Assembly (NCBI GenBank): GCA_963805975.1
Contig: CAWDVR010000005.1
Location: 512,001 to 576,000 of the forward strand
DNA from: an uncultured Acidobacteriota bacterium
Lineage (GTDB): Bacteria > Acidobacteriota > Thermoanaerobaculia > Multivoradales > SZUA-115
Length of the DNA stretch: 64,000 bases
Direction: 5' to 3'
Shown: piece by piece, positions 49,529 through 62,000 of the stretch
How the letters are laid out: every line of letters starts with the position of its first letter
Position numbering within the stretch: the stretch's first letter is position 1
The notes under the pieces: generated by a model
Told to the model about the DNA's origin: nothing
Databases searched by the model: none
The model's input: the letters and a program-made list of their open reading frames with translations, nothing else
Position numbers and translations under genes: made by a program

Positions 49529-49849
49529 CTACTCCTCTTCCACCACCACCGCCGTGCCGTAGGCCAGGAGCTCGGCGGCGCCGCGGGCCACCTCGGAGGT
49601 GGCGAAGCGCAGGGTGATGACGGCGTTGGCGCCCAGCTCGCGGGCCTCCTCGACCAGGCGGTCCAGGGCCTGCTCGCGCGACTCGGCCACCAGCTTGGTG
49701 TACTCGGCGATCTCGCCGCCGACCAGGCCCCTGAGCCGGGCTATGAAATCGCGCCCCAGGTGCCGGCCGCGGGTGGTGTTGCCCCGCACCAGGCCCAGGG
49801 TGCGGACGATGCGCATGCCGGCGATCGACTCGCTGGTGGTGACGATCAC
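49529..49849 (-). CDS. YbjQ/UPF0145 family protein
   Basis: LGLVRGNT, GGEIAEY, GANAVI, LAYGTAV. Confidence 0.9.
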   Translation of the reverse strand: MIVTTSESIAGMRIVRTLGLVRGNTTRGRHLGRDFIARLRGLVGGEIAEYTKLVAESREQALDRLVEEARELGANAVITLRFATSEVARGAAELLAYGTAVVVEEE

Positions 49850-50310
49850 TTCTCAACCCTCCCGTAGCGATCGGTGGCGGCCGCCCGCAGGCGATCGGCG
49901 AGCACCGAGACGAAGAGCGATCCCAGCCCGAAGAGAGTGCCGAAGGCGATCACTTTGGCGAAGGTGGCGAAAGGCCCCACGGCGAGCTGCCAGGCGCCGA
50001 AGCCGAGCACCGAGGCGCCCGAGGCCACGAGGGCCAGCCAGCCCAGGCGGCGCAGCACGGCGCTCGCCGGGCCGCGGGGCCGCTCGTCCCATTGGGTGTC
50101 GGGAGGCACCTGGAAGCGCGTGCCGCGGGTCGCCTGCCGGAGACGGTGGATGTCCGCCACCAGGTCACGTGCCGCGGCGTGGTCCTCGAGGTAGAGGCGT
50201 ACCTTCTGCGCCTCGGCCTGGGTCAGCTCGCCGTCCACGTAGCCCGAGAGCAGCGCCTCGTCGAAGACTGGTGGGTTCATCTCGTGCGGCTGTGCGGTGG
50301 TATCGCTCAA
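49846..50310 (-). CDS. Membrane anti-sigma factor with degenerate ZAS
   Basis: TTG start with GGAG RBS overlapping the sigma stop; LSGYVDGEL motif; YLEDHAAA instead of HxxxCxxC; two TM helices. Confidence 0.75.
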   Translation of the reverse strand: MSDTTAQPHEMNPPVFDEALLSGYVDGELTQAEAQKVRLYLEDHAAARDLVADIHRLRQATRGTRFQVPPDTQWDERPRGPASAVLRRLGWLALVASGASVLGFGAWQLAVGPFATFAKVIAFGTLFGLGSLFVSVLADRLRAAATDRYGRVEK

Positions 50311-50927
50311 GGCTGGCTCCTTCCCGCGTCTTCCCGGCCCTGGCTCGTCAGCAGGATCTGGCGCAGGGTGGCGCGGGCGCGGTGGAGGCGCGACATCACC
50401 GTGCCGATGGGGACCTGGAGGACGCTCGCGATCTCGGAGTAGGAGAGATCCTGGTAGTCGCGCAGCACCAGGATCTCGCGATGGCTCGCGGGCAGAGCTG
50501 CCAGGGCCTGCCAGACCTGGCGCTTGAGCTCGCGTTGCTCGAAGTCGGCGGCCGGGTCGGCGTCTTCGTCGATCAGGTCGGGCCGGAAGGGCTCGCCGTC
50601 TGCGGGCAGCGGCTCGGCCCGGCGCACCTTCTTGCGGCGCATCAGGTCGTGCGAGCGGTTCCTGACGATGGCGAGGAGCCACGGTTTCACCGGCCGCTCG
50701 GCTTCGAAGCGGTGCAGCTTGGTGAAGAAGGAGAGCAGCGAATCCTGGGCGACGTCCAGCGCGTCGTCCGGGTTGCCCAGGAGCTGCAGGGCGAGCAGAA
50801 AGCAAGGGCGGCGGAAGCGCTCCAGGAGCTCGTTGCCGGCGGTGCGGTCGCCACGCCGCGCGGCAAGCACGAGGTCGCGCTCCGAGAGCGTCGGAGCCGG
50901 GGGCGCCAGCGAAGCGGGGAAGGCCAT
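50307..50927 (-). CDS. ECF sigma factor
   Basis: DALDVAQD, KPWLLAIVRN, LSYSEIASVLQVPIGTVMSRLHRAR. Confidence 0.9.
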   Translation of the reverse strand: MAFPASLAPPAPTLSERDLVLAARRGDRTAGNELLERFRRPCFLLALQLLGNPDDALDVAQDSLLSFFTKLHRFEAERPVKPWLLAIVRNRSHDLMRRKKVRRAEPLPADGEPFRPDLIDEDADPAADFEQRELKRQVWQALAALPASHREILVLRDYQDLSYSEIASVLQVPIGTVMSRLHRARATLRQILLTSQGREDAGRSQP

Positions 50928-51024
50928 CTCTGCGTTCACGACTAGTGTATACGCGATCCGAGGGCGGCCTATTCGCGCCGGCACGCCTTGGGGGCCGGGC
51001 CGCTTTCGGGTATGGTTTTCCGCT

Positions 51025-51966
51025 ATGTCCCCTGCCGCGGCCCCGGAGATCTCGGTCGTCATCCCGACGCACGACCGCCGTGCCGTGCTCGCCGAGGTGC
51101 TCACGGCCCTCGAGCGGCAGCAGGGGGCGCCGCCGTTCGAGGTGGTGGTGGTCGACGACGGCTCGACGGACGGCACGGACGAGCTGTTCAGCCGGCTCGC
51201 GACCGCGCTCGAGCTCAAGTACATCCGCCAGGAGAACCGCGGGCCGGCCGCGGCCAGGAACCGCGGGGTGCTCGAGGCGAGGGCGCCGCGGGTGGCCTTT
51301 CTGGGGGACGACACCGTCCCGCGGGCCGGCTGGCTGGCGGCGCACCAAGCCGCGCACCGGAGGTTGGGCGACGATCCGTGCCGTGCGGTGCTCGGCTACA
51401 CCGCCTGGCACCGCCGGATGCGGCCCACGCGGTTCCTCTCTTACATCAACGAGCACGGGCTCCAGTTCGGCTATGCGCTGATCCGCGAGGCGGACGACGT
51501 GCCGTTCAACTTTTTCTATACCTCCAACGTCTCGCTCGCCAAGCGCCTGCTGCTCGCCGAGCCCTTCGACCTGCGTTTCCCCTACGCGGCATGGGAAGAC
51601 ATCGAGGCGAGCTACCGCATGTCGAAGGCCGGGATGAAGCTCGCGTACGCCGCCGAGGCGGTGGTCGAGCACGACCATCCCACGGACCTCGCGCGTTTCG
51701 CCGAGCGGCAGGAAAAGGCGGGCTATTCGGCGGTAGTCTTCTACCGTTTGCACGCCGAGCTGGGATCGTTCCTGGGCCTAGGCCCCGACGGCCCGCCGCC
51801 GCTTCCGCGGGGCGGGCGCCAGCGCCGGTTGGAGGGCCTGGTCCGTGCTTTGCAATATCTGCCCGTGAGCCTTCCGCGCATCTGGGAGGAGGTCTTGCGG
51901 TACCACTACGTGCGAGGCCTTCACCGTGGATGGAACGAACGCGCGGGGCTCGGAAAGGAGCATTAG
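51025..51966 (+). CDS. GT2 glycosyltransferase
   Basis: ISVVIPT, DDGSTDGT, NRGPAAARN, FLGDD, WEDIE. Confidence 0.9.
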   Translation: MSPAAAPEISVVIPTHDRRAVLAEVLTALERQQGAPPFEVVVVDDGSTDGTDELFSRLATALELKYIRQENRGPAAARNRGVLEARAPRVAFLGDDTVPRAGWLAAHQAAHRRLGDDPCRAVLGYTAWHRRMRPTRFLSYINEHGLQFGYALIREADDVPFNFFYTSNVSLAKRLLLAEPFDLRFPYAAWEDIEASYRMSKAGMKLAYAAEAVVEHDHPTDLARFAERQEKAGYSAVVFYRLHAELGSFLGLGPDGPPPLPRGGRQRRLEGLVRALQYLPVSLPRIWEEVLRYHYVRGLHRGWNERAGLGKEH

Positions 51967-53103
51967 ATGACTTCGGAAGGTTCGGTGGCTCTTCGCACCA
52001 CCCGCTTCGGCGGGCTGGCGGCGCTAGTCTTCTTGATCACCGCGGCTGGCCCGGCAGCGGCTGACCGCACGCGCCAGGATGCGCGTCCCACCCAGGACTC
52101 CGGCCCCACGGTCCGCGTGGAGGCTGGCTCGCGCTCCTCGGACAGCCGCCCCTCGTCGAGGCCCGACTCCGGGAGCGATTCCGGATCGGTCTCGTCCGGC
52201 AATGACAGCCGACCCCACAACGTGGGCCCGCGGCACAACGGCGACGGCCGCATCCGCGTCGACCGGCGGCGGCCGGGCCACTCGTCCTGGCAGGGTCATC
52301 ACGGCCACCACTCTCGCCCCTACTACCCGTACTACCGTTACGGTTGGTATCGTGACCCCTACTACTACTGGCCGTGGTGGTGGGGCGGCGGCCCCTACTA
52401 CAGCTATCCGCACTACTACGAGCCCGGTTATCGCTACGGCTCCGGTGACGGCTACGACGGCGACTCGGGAGCCCTCGATTTCGACGTCAGCCCGGAGCGC
52501 GCCGAGATCTTCGTCGACGGCCAGCGGGTGGGCCGGGCGGACGACTTCGACGGCTTCCCGAATTTCCTCTGGCTGCCCAAGGGCACCTACGACGTGGTGG
52601 TCTATCTGCCCGGCTTCGAGACCATCTCCCGCCAGTACTCGGTCTATCCCGGCGTGGTGATCGACGTCGAGGACCAGATGCAGCGCGGCGACGCCAAGCG
52701 GCCCGAGGAGCTGATGTCCAAGTCGACCGTGAACCGCGACGAGCGGTTGCGGCGCGACCAGGAGCTCGAGGAAGAGGTGGAGGGCCGCGAGCGGGGTGGT
52801 GACGGCCGGCGGCCCGAGATGCGTCGCGAAGCTTCCCCTCGCGAGGCCTACGACGTGCGCGGCGAGCCGGGCAGGCTGGCGTTGTCGCTCGAGCCGAGCG
52901 ACGCCTCGGTCTATCTCGACGGCCGGCTCCTGGGCTCGGCCAGGGATCTCGCCCGCCTGCATTCGGGGCTGATCCTCGACCCGGGCAAGCACCAGCTCGA
53001 GGTGGTGCGGCCGGGCTACGAGAGCAAGACCGTGGAGTTCGAGGTCGAGCCGGGAGAGGAAGCGCGGATCTCGGTGGAGCTCGACAAGCTGGACGAGACT
53101 TGA
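51967..53103 (+). CDS. Secreted PEGA-domain protein
   Basis: Signal peptide, Y/W/H/G-rich segment, two PEGA repeats (PERAEIFVDG, PSDASVYLDG). Confidence 0.82.
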   Translation: MTSEGSVALRTTRFGGLAALVFLITAAGPAAADRTRQDARPTQDSGPTVRVEAGSRSSDSRPSSRPDSGSDSGSVSSGNDSRPHNVGPRHNGDGRIRVDRRRPGHSSWQGHHGHHSRPYYPYYRYGWYRDPYYYWPWWWGGGPYYSYPHYYEPGYRYGSGDGYDGDSGALDFDVSPERAEIFVDGQRVGRADDFDGFPNFLWLPKGTYDVVVYLPGFETISRQYSVYPGVVIDVEDQMQRGDAKRPEELMSKSTVNRDERLRRDQELEEEVEGRERGGDGRRPEMRREASPREAYDVRGEPGRLALSLEPSDASVYLDGRLLGSARDLARLHSGLILDPGKHQLEVVRPGYESKTVEFEVEPGEEARISVELDKLDET

Positions 53104-53147
53104 GGTTCCGAGGCCGGCTCCGGTCGGCCTCGAGCGACAGCCCCTGC

Positions 53148-53178
53148 AACGGCCGGCCCCTGTGCCGGCCGTTTCTTT
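53148..53178 (+). terminator. Intrinsic terminator between convergent genes
   Basis: AACGGCCGGC-CCCTGT-GCCGGCCGTT followed by TCTTT. Confidence 0.7.
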
Positions 53179-53190
53179 CAGATCACTTCC

Positions 53191-53775
53191 TCAGATCACG
53201 CCGGCCTTGACCGCCTCTTTCTCCATCGTCAGCAGCCAGCGCTTGCGCTCGCGGCCGCCGATGTAGCTGCCGATGCCGGACTTGTTGGTCACCACCCGGT
53301 GGCAGGGGATGAGGATGGGGATCGGGTTCAGGGCCAGGGTGGCGAGCACCAGCCGGTAGGCGTCCGGCTTGCCGGCGGCCGCCGCGATCTTGCGGTAGGT
53401 GCGGTGCTTGCCGTAGGGGATCTTCGCCGTCTCCTTGAGCACCCGCTTGGCGAAAGGCGTCAGGTCCGAGGTACCCAGGTCCCATTCGAGCTCGGTCGAG
53501 GGGCGGGCGCCGGCGAAGTACTCCGACAGGTGCCCGAACACCTCGTCCAGGAACTCGGAGTCGTCGATCTCCTCGAACGGCTGGTAGCGGCGCTTCTCTT
53601 TGCGCTTGGGCGCGATGCGGACGCTGGTGACGACGTTGCCGTGGAGGGTCATGCCGAGGTCGCCGATCGGCGACGGGAAGAGCACCATCAGCGGTGGCTC
53701 CTCCAGCACGGCGCGCGCGATCGGCTCTTCGGTCGGTTCCGGCGGAGCCACTCGGCCGCGCGGCAAGTCAAACAT
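53191..53775 (-). CDS. ogt: Methylated-DNA--protein-cysteine methyltransferase
   Basis: SPIG, IPYG, NPIPILIPCHRVV; start may be GTG 53817. Confidence 0.88.
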   Translation of the reverse strand: MFDLPRGRVAPPEPTEEPIARAVLEEPPLMVLFPSPIGDLGMTLHGNVVTSVRIAPKRKEKRRYQPFEEIDDSEFLDEVFGHLSEYFAGARPSTELEWDLGTSDLTPFAKRVLKETAKIPYGKHRTYRKIAAAAGKPDAYRLVLATLALNPIPILIPCHRVVTNKSGIGSYIGGRERKRWLLTMEKEAVKAGVI

Positions 53776-53849
53776 GGACCGGTAGATTACCACGGCCTCC
53801 GAGCCCTGCCAGGCCACCGTTGGCGACCGCCGACCGATAGAATCGCGTC

Positions 53850-54588
53850 ATGTCCGCCACCCTGGGGCGCCTGCGCAACCTGTTGATCCGCTTGCGGCAT
53901 GGCCTGCCCTCGCCCGGCAAGGCGGTTTCGCCGCTTATCGACAACGATCTATTCCAAGCCCATCTCGCGCTCTACCTCTTCGCCGCCGCCCGCGCCGCCG
54001 GCCGCCGCTGCCTGGACCTGGGCTGCGGTACGGGGTACGGCACCGCCCGGCTGGCGGAGGCGGGGGCCGAGGAGGCGATCGGCAGTCGATCTCGATTCCA
54101 AGTGCATCGCCTTTGCCCGGCGGCGTTTCGGCACTGCGCGCATCCGCTTCGTGGTCCAGGATGCAGCGAGCGAGGACGGTGCCGGGATCGATGGCCGTTT
54201 CGGCCTGGTGGTCGCTGCGAACCTGCTGGTGCACGTGACGGATGCCAGGGCCGTGCTGCAGCGCGCCGCGGGCCTGCTCGAGCCCGAGGGCGTCCTCGTC
54301 GCCTCGGTGCCGCCGATCCTCGACGGCCAGACCATGGACCTCCATCGCACTCTCCCCAGCCATCTCTCCAATCTCTATCTCTGGGACTGGGAGGACTTGC
54401 TGCGAGCTTCGTTTGGCAAGCTTCGGCTCTTCCGGCAGTCGCCTCCTCCTGGCCGCCACCCCGACCTCGCGGGCTCCGGCCCGCCGCGTGTCGAGGCCGC
54501 AGAGTTCAGCTTCGAGGAGATCGCGCTGGCGGATCTCTACGACGCCGGCACGATGGCCGCCGTCTTCGTCTGCAGTGAGCCCAAGTGA
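53850..54588 (+). pseudogene. Class I SAM methyltransferase interrupted by +1 frameshift
   Basis: Frame 1 has LDLGCGTGYG...EEAIG; one extra base near 54084; next frame resumes VDLDSKCIAFAR...LVHV...LLEPEGVL. Confidence 0.78.
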
Positions 54589-56069
54589 GCTTTCTCACCT
54601 CTCTATACCGGCCGCCGCTCGGGCTGCTGACCGACCTCTACGAGCTGGCAATGGCCTACGGCTATTGGAAGGAAGGCCTGCGGGACACCGACGCCTGCTT
54701 CCATCTGTTCTTCCGCCGTCCGCCGTTCCAGGGCGGTTTCACGGTGGCTTGCGGCCTGGCGCAGGCTGTCGAGCTGATCGCGGATTTCCGCTTCGCTGCC
54801 GACGATCTCGACTATCTGGCCTCCCTGACCGGCACGGACGGCAAGCCGCTCTTCGAGCGCGCCTTCCTCGAGCACCTGCGGCACCTCGAGCTCGCCTGCG
54901 ACATCGACGCCGTGCCCGAGGGCACGGTGGTCTTCCCCCAGGAGCCGCTGGTGCGGGTCTGCGGGCCGATCCTCCAGGCGCAGCTCCTCGAATCGGCGCT
55001 GCTCACGCTGGTCAACTTCCAGACCCTGATCGCCACCAAGGCCGCCCGCATCGTGGTGGCGGCCGGCGGCGAGCCGGTGCTCGAGTTCGGCCTGCGCCGG
55101 GCGCAGGGCGTGGACGGTGCGCTCTCCGCGGCGCGCGCGGCCTACGTGGGCGGCTGCGCGGCGACCTCGAACGTGCTCGCCGGCAAGCTCTTCGGCATCC
55201 CGGTCAAGGGCACCCACGCGCACAGTTGGGTGATGTCCTTCGCCACCGAGACCGAGGCTTTCGACGCCTGGGCCGATGCCATGCCCAACAACGCGGTCTT
55301 CCTGGTGGACACCTACGACACGCTGGACGGCGTGCGGCGGGCCGTGGACGTGGGCCGCCGGCTCCGGGAGCGCGGGCACTCGCTGGTGGGCGTGCGGCTG
55401 GACTCGGGCGACCTTGCCTATCTCTCGATCGAGGCGCGGCGCATTCTCGACGAGGGCGGCTTTCCGGAGGCCGAGATCTTCGCCTCGAACGACCTCGACG
55501 AGCACATCATCTCGAGCCTCAAGCAGCAGGGCGCGCGGATCGGCGTCTGGGGGGTGGGCACCAAGCTGGTGACCGGCCACAGCGATGCCGCCCTGGGGGG
55601 CGTCTACAAGCTGGCCGCCATCCGGCCGCCGGGCGCGGCCTGGCAGCAGAAGGTGAAGCTCTCCGAGCAGGCGATCAAGACCTCGACCCCCGGCATCCAG
55701 CAGGTGCGCCGCTACTTTTCGCGCGAGGAGTTCGTGGCCGACGCGATCTACGATCTCGAGCTGGGGATCGGCCCCACGCCGACCCTGATCGACGCCATGG
55801 ACTTGACGCGCCGCAAGCACGTCACGAAAGACCTCGAGCACGAAGACCTGCTGGTGCCCGTCTTCCGCGGCGGCCGGCAGGTCCTGGAGCTGCCCTCTCT
55901 CGAAGCGGCGCGGGAGCGCGCGGCCACGCAGCTCGCCCGCTTCCATGCCGGGATCAAGCGCTTCGTCTACCCGCACCAGTACCCGGTGGGCCTGGAGGAG
56001 AACCTGTTCGAGCTCAAGACCCGGCTGGTCCTCGCGGCCCGCGGCGAGAGCGAAGCGGTGGTGGGCTGA
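54585..56069 (+). CDS. pncB: Nicotinate phosphoribosyltransferase
   Basis: [46 protein letters not shown]. Confidence 0.95.
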   Translation: MSFLTSLYRPPLGLLTDLYELAMAYGYWKEGLRDTDACFHLFFRRPPFQGGFTVACGLAQAVELIADFRFAADDLDYLASLTGTDGKPLFERAFLEHLRHLELACDIDAVPEGTVVFPQEPLVRVCGPILQAQLLESALLTLVNFQTLIATKAARIVVAAGGEPVLEFGLRRAQGVDGALSAARAAYVGGCAATSNVLAGKLFGIPVKGTHAHSWVMSFATETEAFDAWADAMPNNAVFLVDTYDTLDGVRRAVDVGRRLRERGHSLVGVRLDSGDLAYLSIEARRILDEGGFPEAEIFASNDLDEHIISSLKQQGARIGVWGVGTKLVTGHSDAALGGVYKLAAIRPPGAAWQQKVKLSEQAIKTSTPGIQQVRRYFSREEFVADAIYDLELGIGPTPTLIDAMDLTRRKHVTKDLEHEDLLVPVFRGGRQVLELPSLEAARERAATQLARFHAGIKRFVYPHQYPVGLEENLFELKTRLVLAARGESEAVVG

Positions 56070-56093
56070 GCCGGCCCCAGGAAGGAGAGCACC

Positions 56094-58247
<2,154 letters not shown>

Positions 58248-59015
58248 GTGCCCGTCCTCCGCGCCGCCGATCTCACCTGGCCCGAGATCGAAGCCCTGGA
58301 CCGCGCCCGCCTGGTGGCGATCCTGCCCGTCGGCGCCGTCGAGGCCCACGGCCCCCACCTGCCGCTCGCGACCGACGTGGTGATCGCCGAGGCCATGGCC
58401 GAGGCCGGTGGCGAGCGGCTCGCGGCGGCCGGCTGGGTACCTCTCGTCCTGCCGCCCATCTCCTACACGGCGGCGCCTTTCGCTGCCGGCTTCGCCGGCA
58501 CGATCTCGGTGCGGCCGGAGACCGTGACGGCCCTGGTGGTGGACGTCGCCCGCTCCTTGAGCGCGCTCGCGGGCCGGGCCCTGGTGCTCGCCAACGCCCA
58601 CCTCGACCCTACGCACCGCGCCTCGCTCGCCGCGGCCGTGGCGGTGGCGGAGAGCGAGGGTCTGCTGCCGATCGTCTTTCCGGACGTGACGCGCAGGCCG
58701 TGGGCGTCGCGGCTCGGCGAAGAGTTCCAGAGCGGCGCCTGCCACGCCGGCCGCTACGAGGGCTCGATCGTGCTCGCGGCGCGGCCCGACCTGGTGCGGG
58801 AGGAGCTGGCCCGTTCCCTCGCCCCCCACCCGGCTTCGCTCTCGGTAGCGATCCGCGCGGGCAGGCGCTCTTTCGAGGAGGCCGGCGGGCATCAGGCGTA
58901 CTTCGGAGATCCCGCCGCGGCCTCCCGCGAAGAGGGGGAGGCCACGATCGAGACCCTGGGAGAGATCCTGGCCGAGGCGGTGGCCGCGGCCCTGGGCGAA
59001 CCCGGCCGAGCCTAG
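58248..59015 (+). CDS. Creatininase-family amidohydrolase
   Basis: LPVGAVEAHGPHLPLATD, NAH, HAGRYE, GDP. Confidence 0.9.
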   Translation: MPVLRAADLTWPEIEALDRARLVAILPVGAVEAHGPHLPLATDVVIAEAMAEAGGERLAAAGWVPLVLPPISYTAAPFAAGFAGTISVRPETVTALVVDVARSLSALAGRALVLANAHLDPTHRASLAAAVAVAESEGLLPIVFPDVTRRPWASRLGEEFQSGACHAGRYEGSIVLAARPDLVREELARSLAPHPASLSVAIRAGRRSFEEAGGHQAYFGDPAAASREEGEATIETLGEILAEAVAAALGEPGRA

Positions 59016-59051
59016 CCGGCCGCCTCTTCGCGAAAACCCGTCCTCAGAACG

Positions 59052-62000
59052 CTACTGGAGCACCCCGATCGTGCCGCCGGGGTCGAGTGGGCACTCGTTC
59101 GGCAGGCACTGCACGCCGTCGGCGAACAGGCTGCCCGGCGGGGCCGAGGTGGCGCGCTTGAAGTCCACGCCCTGGTACCAATTGTTCTTCACCCACAGGT
59201 ACTGGGCCTTGGCCGTGGCCCGCTGCGCCGCGGTGATGTTGGGGTTGGTGATCTGGGCGCGGAACGTGTCGCCCATCAGCCGAAAGCGGATGAGGATGCT
59301 GATGAAGTAGTGCTCCGGGTCCCGGCAGTCGTAGAAACCGTTGCCGAAGACGTCCAGGATCGAGCCCGCGCTGCTGCAGCCCGGCATGCTCCCGGCGCCC
59401 ACGCCTCCCTGCGCCGTCGACAGATTGAAGATCGCGTTGTGGATGTTGAAGGGGTCCGCAGTCGAGCGCAGGCAGACCGCGAACAACGAGTGCCCGAATT
59501 CCTCCACCACGTGGCCCTCGCGCGCCTCGACGTGCACCGAGGACATGGTGATGCCCCCGGTGGCCGCGCCGGAGCGGCCGAGCATCGCGAAGCGGTGGAT
59601 GGGCAACATGCAGTGGTTGGGGCCGCCGTAGATCCATTCGGGATACATCGCCAGGCCCACCCACTTCTCGAGGCTCATCTTGTAGCGCTCCCAGGGCGCT
59701 CCCCAGGGGCTGGGGAAGTAGCGCGCCGGGATGGTGAACAGGATGTTGTTGTTGCTCGAGTCGAAGGCGAGGATCTCGGGCATGAAGCGCTTCTCGTGCA
59801 CCGGGTTGAGGGTGAAGTCCCTGAGTTTCATCCCCTGGATGTGGGCGACCGCCGGGCTGCGCACGATCCTGGCGCTGTCGATGCGCACCTGGTGGTTCTT
59901 GGCGAAGTCCTGCATCATGAGGGCCGGCGCGAGGAAGCGGTTGCCGGCCGAGGCGGCGGCGGAGGAGCGGAACTCGTTGCCGGCGCCTCCCTGGCCGTGC
60001 AGGAAGCTCATCACGTCGTCCCGGCCGTCGAAGTCGATGTCGCCCACCAGCGGCACCTCGCCGGCGCGGGAGAAGTCCGTCGCCCACACGGTCGAGGTCG
60101 CAAACGACGAGCCGGTCGAGAGCGACACCCACACCGGCGCCTGGCCCAGGAGCGAGCCGTCGGCGAAGTGCTGGGGCTGCTGGGTGAAGGTCACGATGTC
60201 CGTGCGCCCGTCGCCGTTGAAGTCGCCGACCTGCGGCAGCTCGCCGGCGAGCGAGAAGAAGGGGTGCCAGATCGAAGAGCCGCCGAAGCTCGAGCCGGTC
60301 GACAGCGCCACCCACACCGGCGCGTTGCCCAGGAGGTTGCCGGCCGCGTCGTGCTGCGGCTGCTGCGTGAAGGTGGCGATGTCGGCCCTGGTGTCGCCGT
60401 CGAAGTCGCCCACCGCCGGGATCTCGCCCTGGAGCGAGAAGAACGTGTGCCAGGGCTGGGCCGTGTCGAAGCCGTCGCCGTTCGACAGCGCCACCCACAC
60501 CGGGGCGTTGCCAACTCCGCTCTGGCTCTTCTGGACGAACGTCACGAGGTCATCCATGCCGTCGCCGTTGACGTCGCCGGCCAGCGGCACCTCGCCCGCC
60601 GGCGCGAAGTCAGGGATCCAGAGCTCGTTGCCGCCGAAGCGCATCGAAGGCGCGATGGCGCCGCGGGACACGAACACCGGGGACGAGGAGGACTGCGAGC
60701 GCGGGAGCTGGGTGAGCTGGGCGAGGTCGGTCTTGCCGTCACCGTCGAAGTCGCCCAGCACCTTGGTCCCCGTTTGCGGGGTGACGGCGACCGTCGAGAT
60801 GAAGTCGCCGTCGGGCTCGCCGTGGGTCAGGCGCATGCCCCACTTCTGCGTCGCCAGCCGCTTCATCACCGAGCGGCTGAAGTTCATCAGGTGCGGGTAG
60901 CCGGCGGTGAAGCCCTGCGGCAGCCGGTTGGCCGCGAGATAGATGTCGCCGTTGAACGACAGCACCGCCGGGTCACCGTACACCGAGCCGGCGCGGTCGT
61001 CGGCGGGCCAGCCGGCCTCCAGCCAGCGGTCGTCGTTCGCGCCGCCGGTCAGGTTGTTGCCCCGCTTGTTGGGGTCCTTGCGCGCAAAGCGGGGCTTGCC
61101 GTCGAAGCCGTTGGCGACCACGTAGAGCTGGTCGTAGACGGTGGCCACCCGCGGCCCGCTCCGGGCGTTGAAGCCGGTGTAGGAGGGCTGGGCCCAGTTC
61201 GAGCGCTGGCCGAACGGCGTGTAGGCGGTGGTGTAGTACACCGGGTTGAAGCTCGGGTCCGCGGCTCCCAACAGGTAGGCCAGGTGAAAGCGGCCGTTGA
61301 ACAGCTCGACGTGGTACTGGCCGTTGGCGAGCGCGAAGCCGTTCGTCACTTGCACCTGCTCGCGGAACATCAGGGGAGCGCTGCTGGTCGAGAAGAGGTG
61401 CTGCACCTGACCGCCTTGCACGAAGAAGCCGTTGAGCGCCGTGCCGTCCCAGACCAGCTGCGGCGAGGAGGCCACGTTGGCCATCGCGATGGCCGGGCTC
61501 CACAGCTGCGTCGCGGGGTTGAAGAGCCTCACCTCGTAGCCGAAGAGCGGCTTGCCGCGGAAGGTAGCGAGCGCCAGCTGCTGGCCGAAGGCCCGCGAGG
61601 CGGCGATGGGCGAGGTGCTGGTGATGCCGAGCGGGACCCAGCCCTCGAACCAGGACGGCGTGCCGCCGAAGAACGCCAGCTTGCTCATGTGGACGGCATT
61701 GTTCTCGGCGCGAGCCAGCACGTAGAAGGTGTTGCCGGTGCCGTCCGGCACCACCACCACGGTGGGCTTCTCGATCTTGAAGCGGGGGCCGGGCAAAGAG
61801 CCGACGCGCATCCATCCGGCGGTGAGCACGGCGGCGTTCTCGGCCACGCTGCCGCTGCGCCGGCTGGGCAGGTGCTTGAAGTAGACCTGGCCGTCCTCGG
61901 AGCGCACGCGGAAGACCCACAGCGAGTTGTTGCGGTGCCCGTAGTCGGCGATGAAGGGCTTACCCGCAGGGGTCGTGGCATAGAGGCTCGCGAAGTCTTC

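Noticed and set aside
58248-59015. Creatininase as mycofactocin MftE
   Set aside because: No mftA/B/C genes nearby
60010-60600. Repeated DNA units as a CRISPR array
   Set aside because: In-frame degenerate protein repeats; no identical repeats with unique spacers and no cas genes
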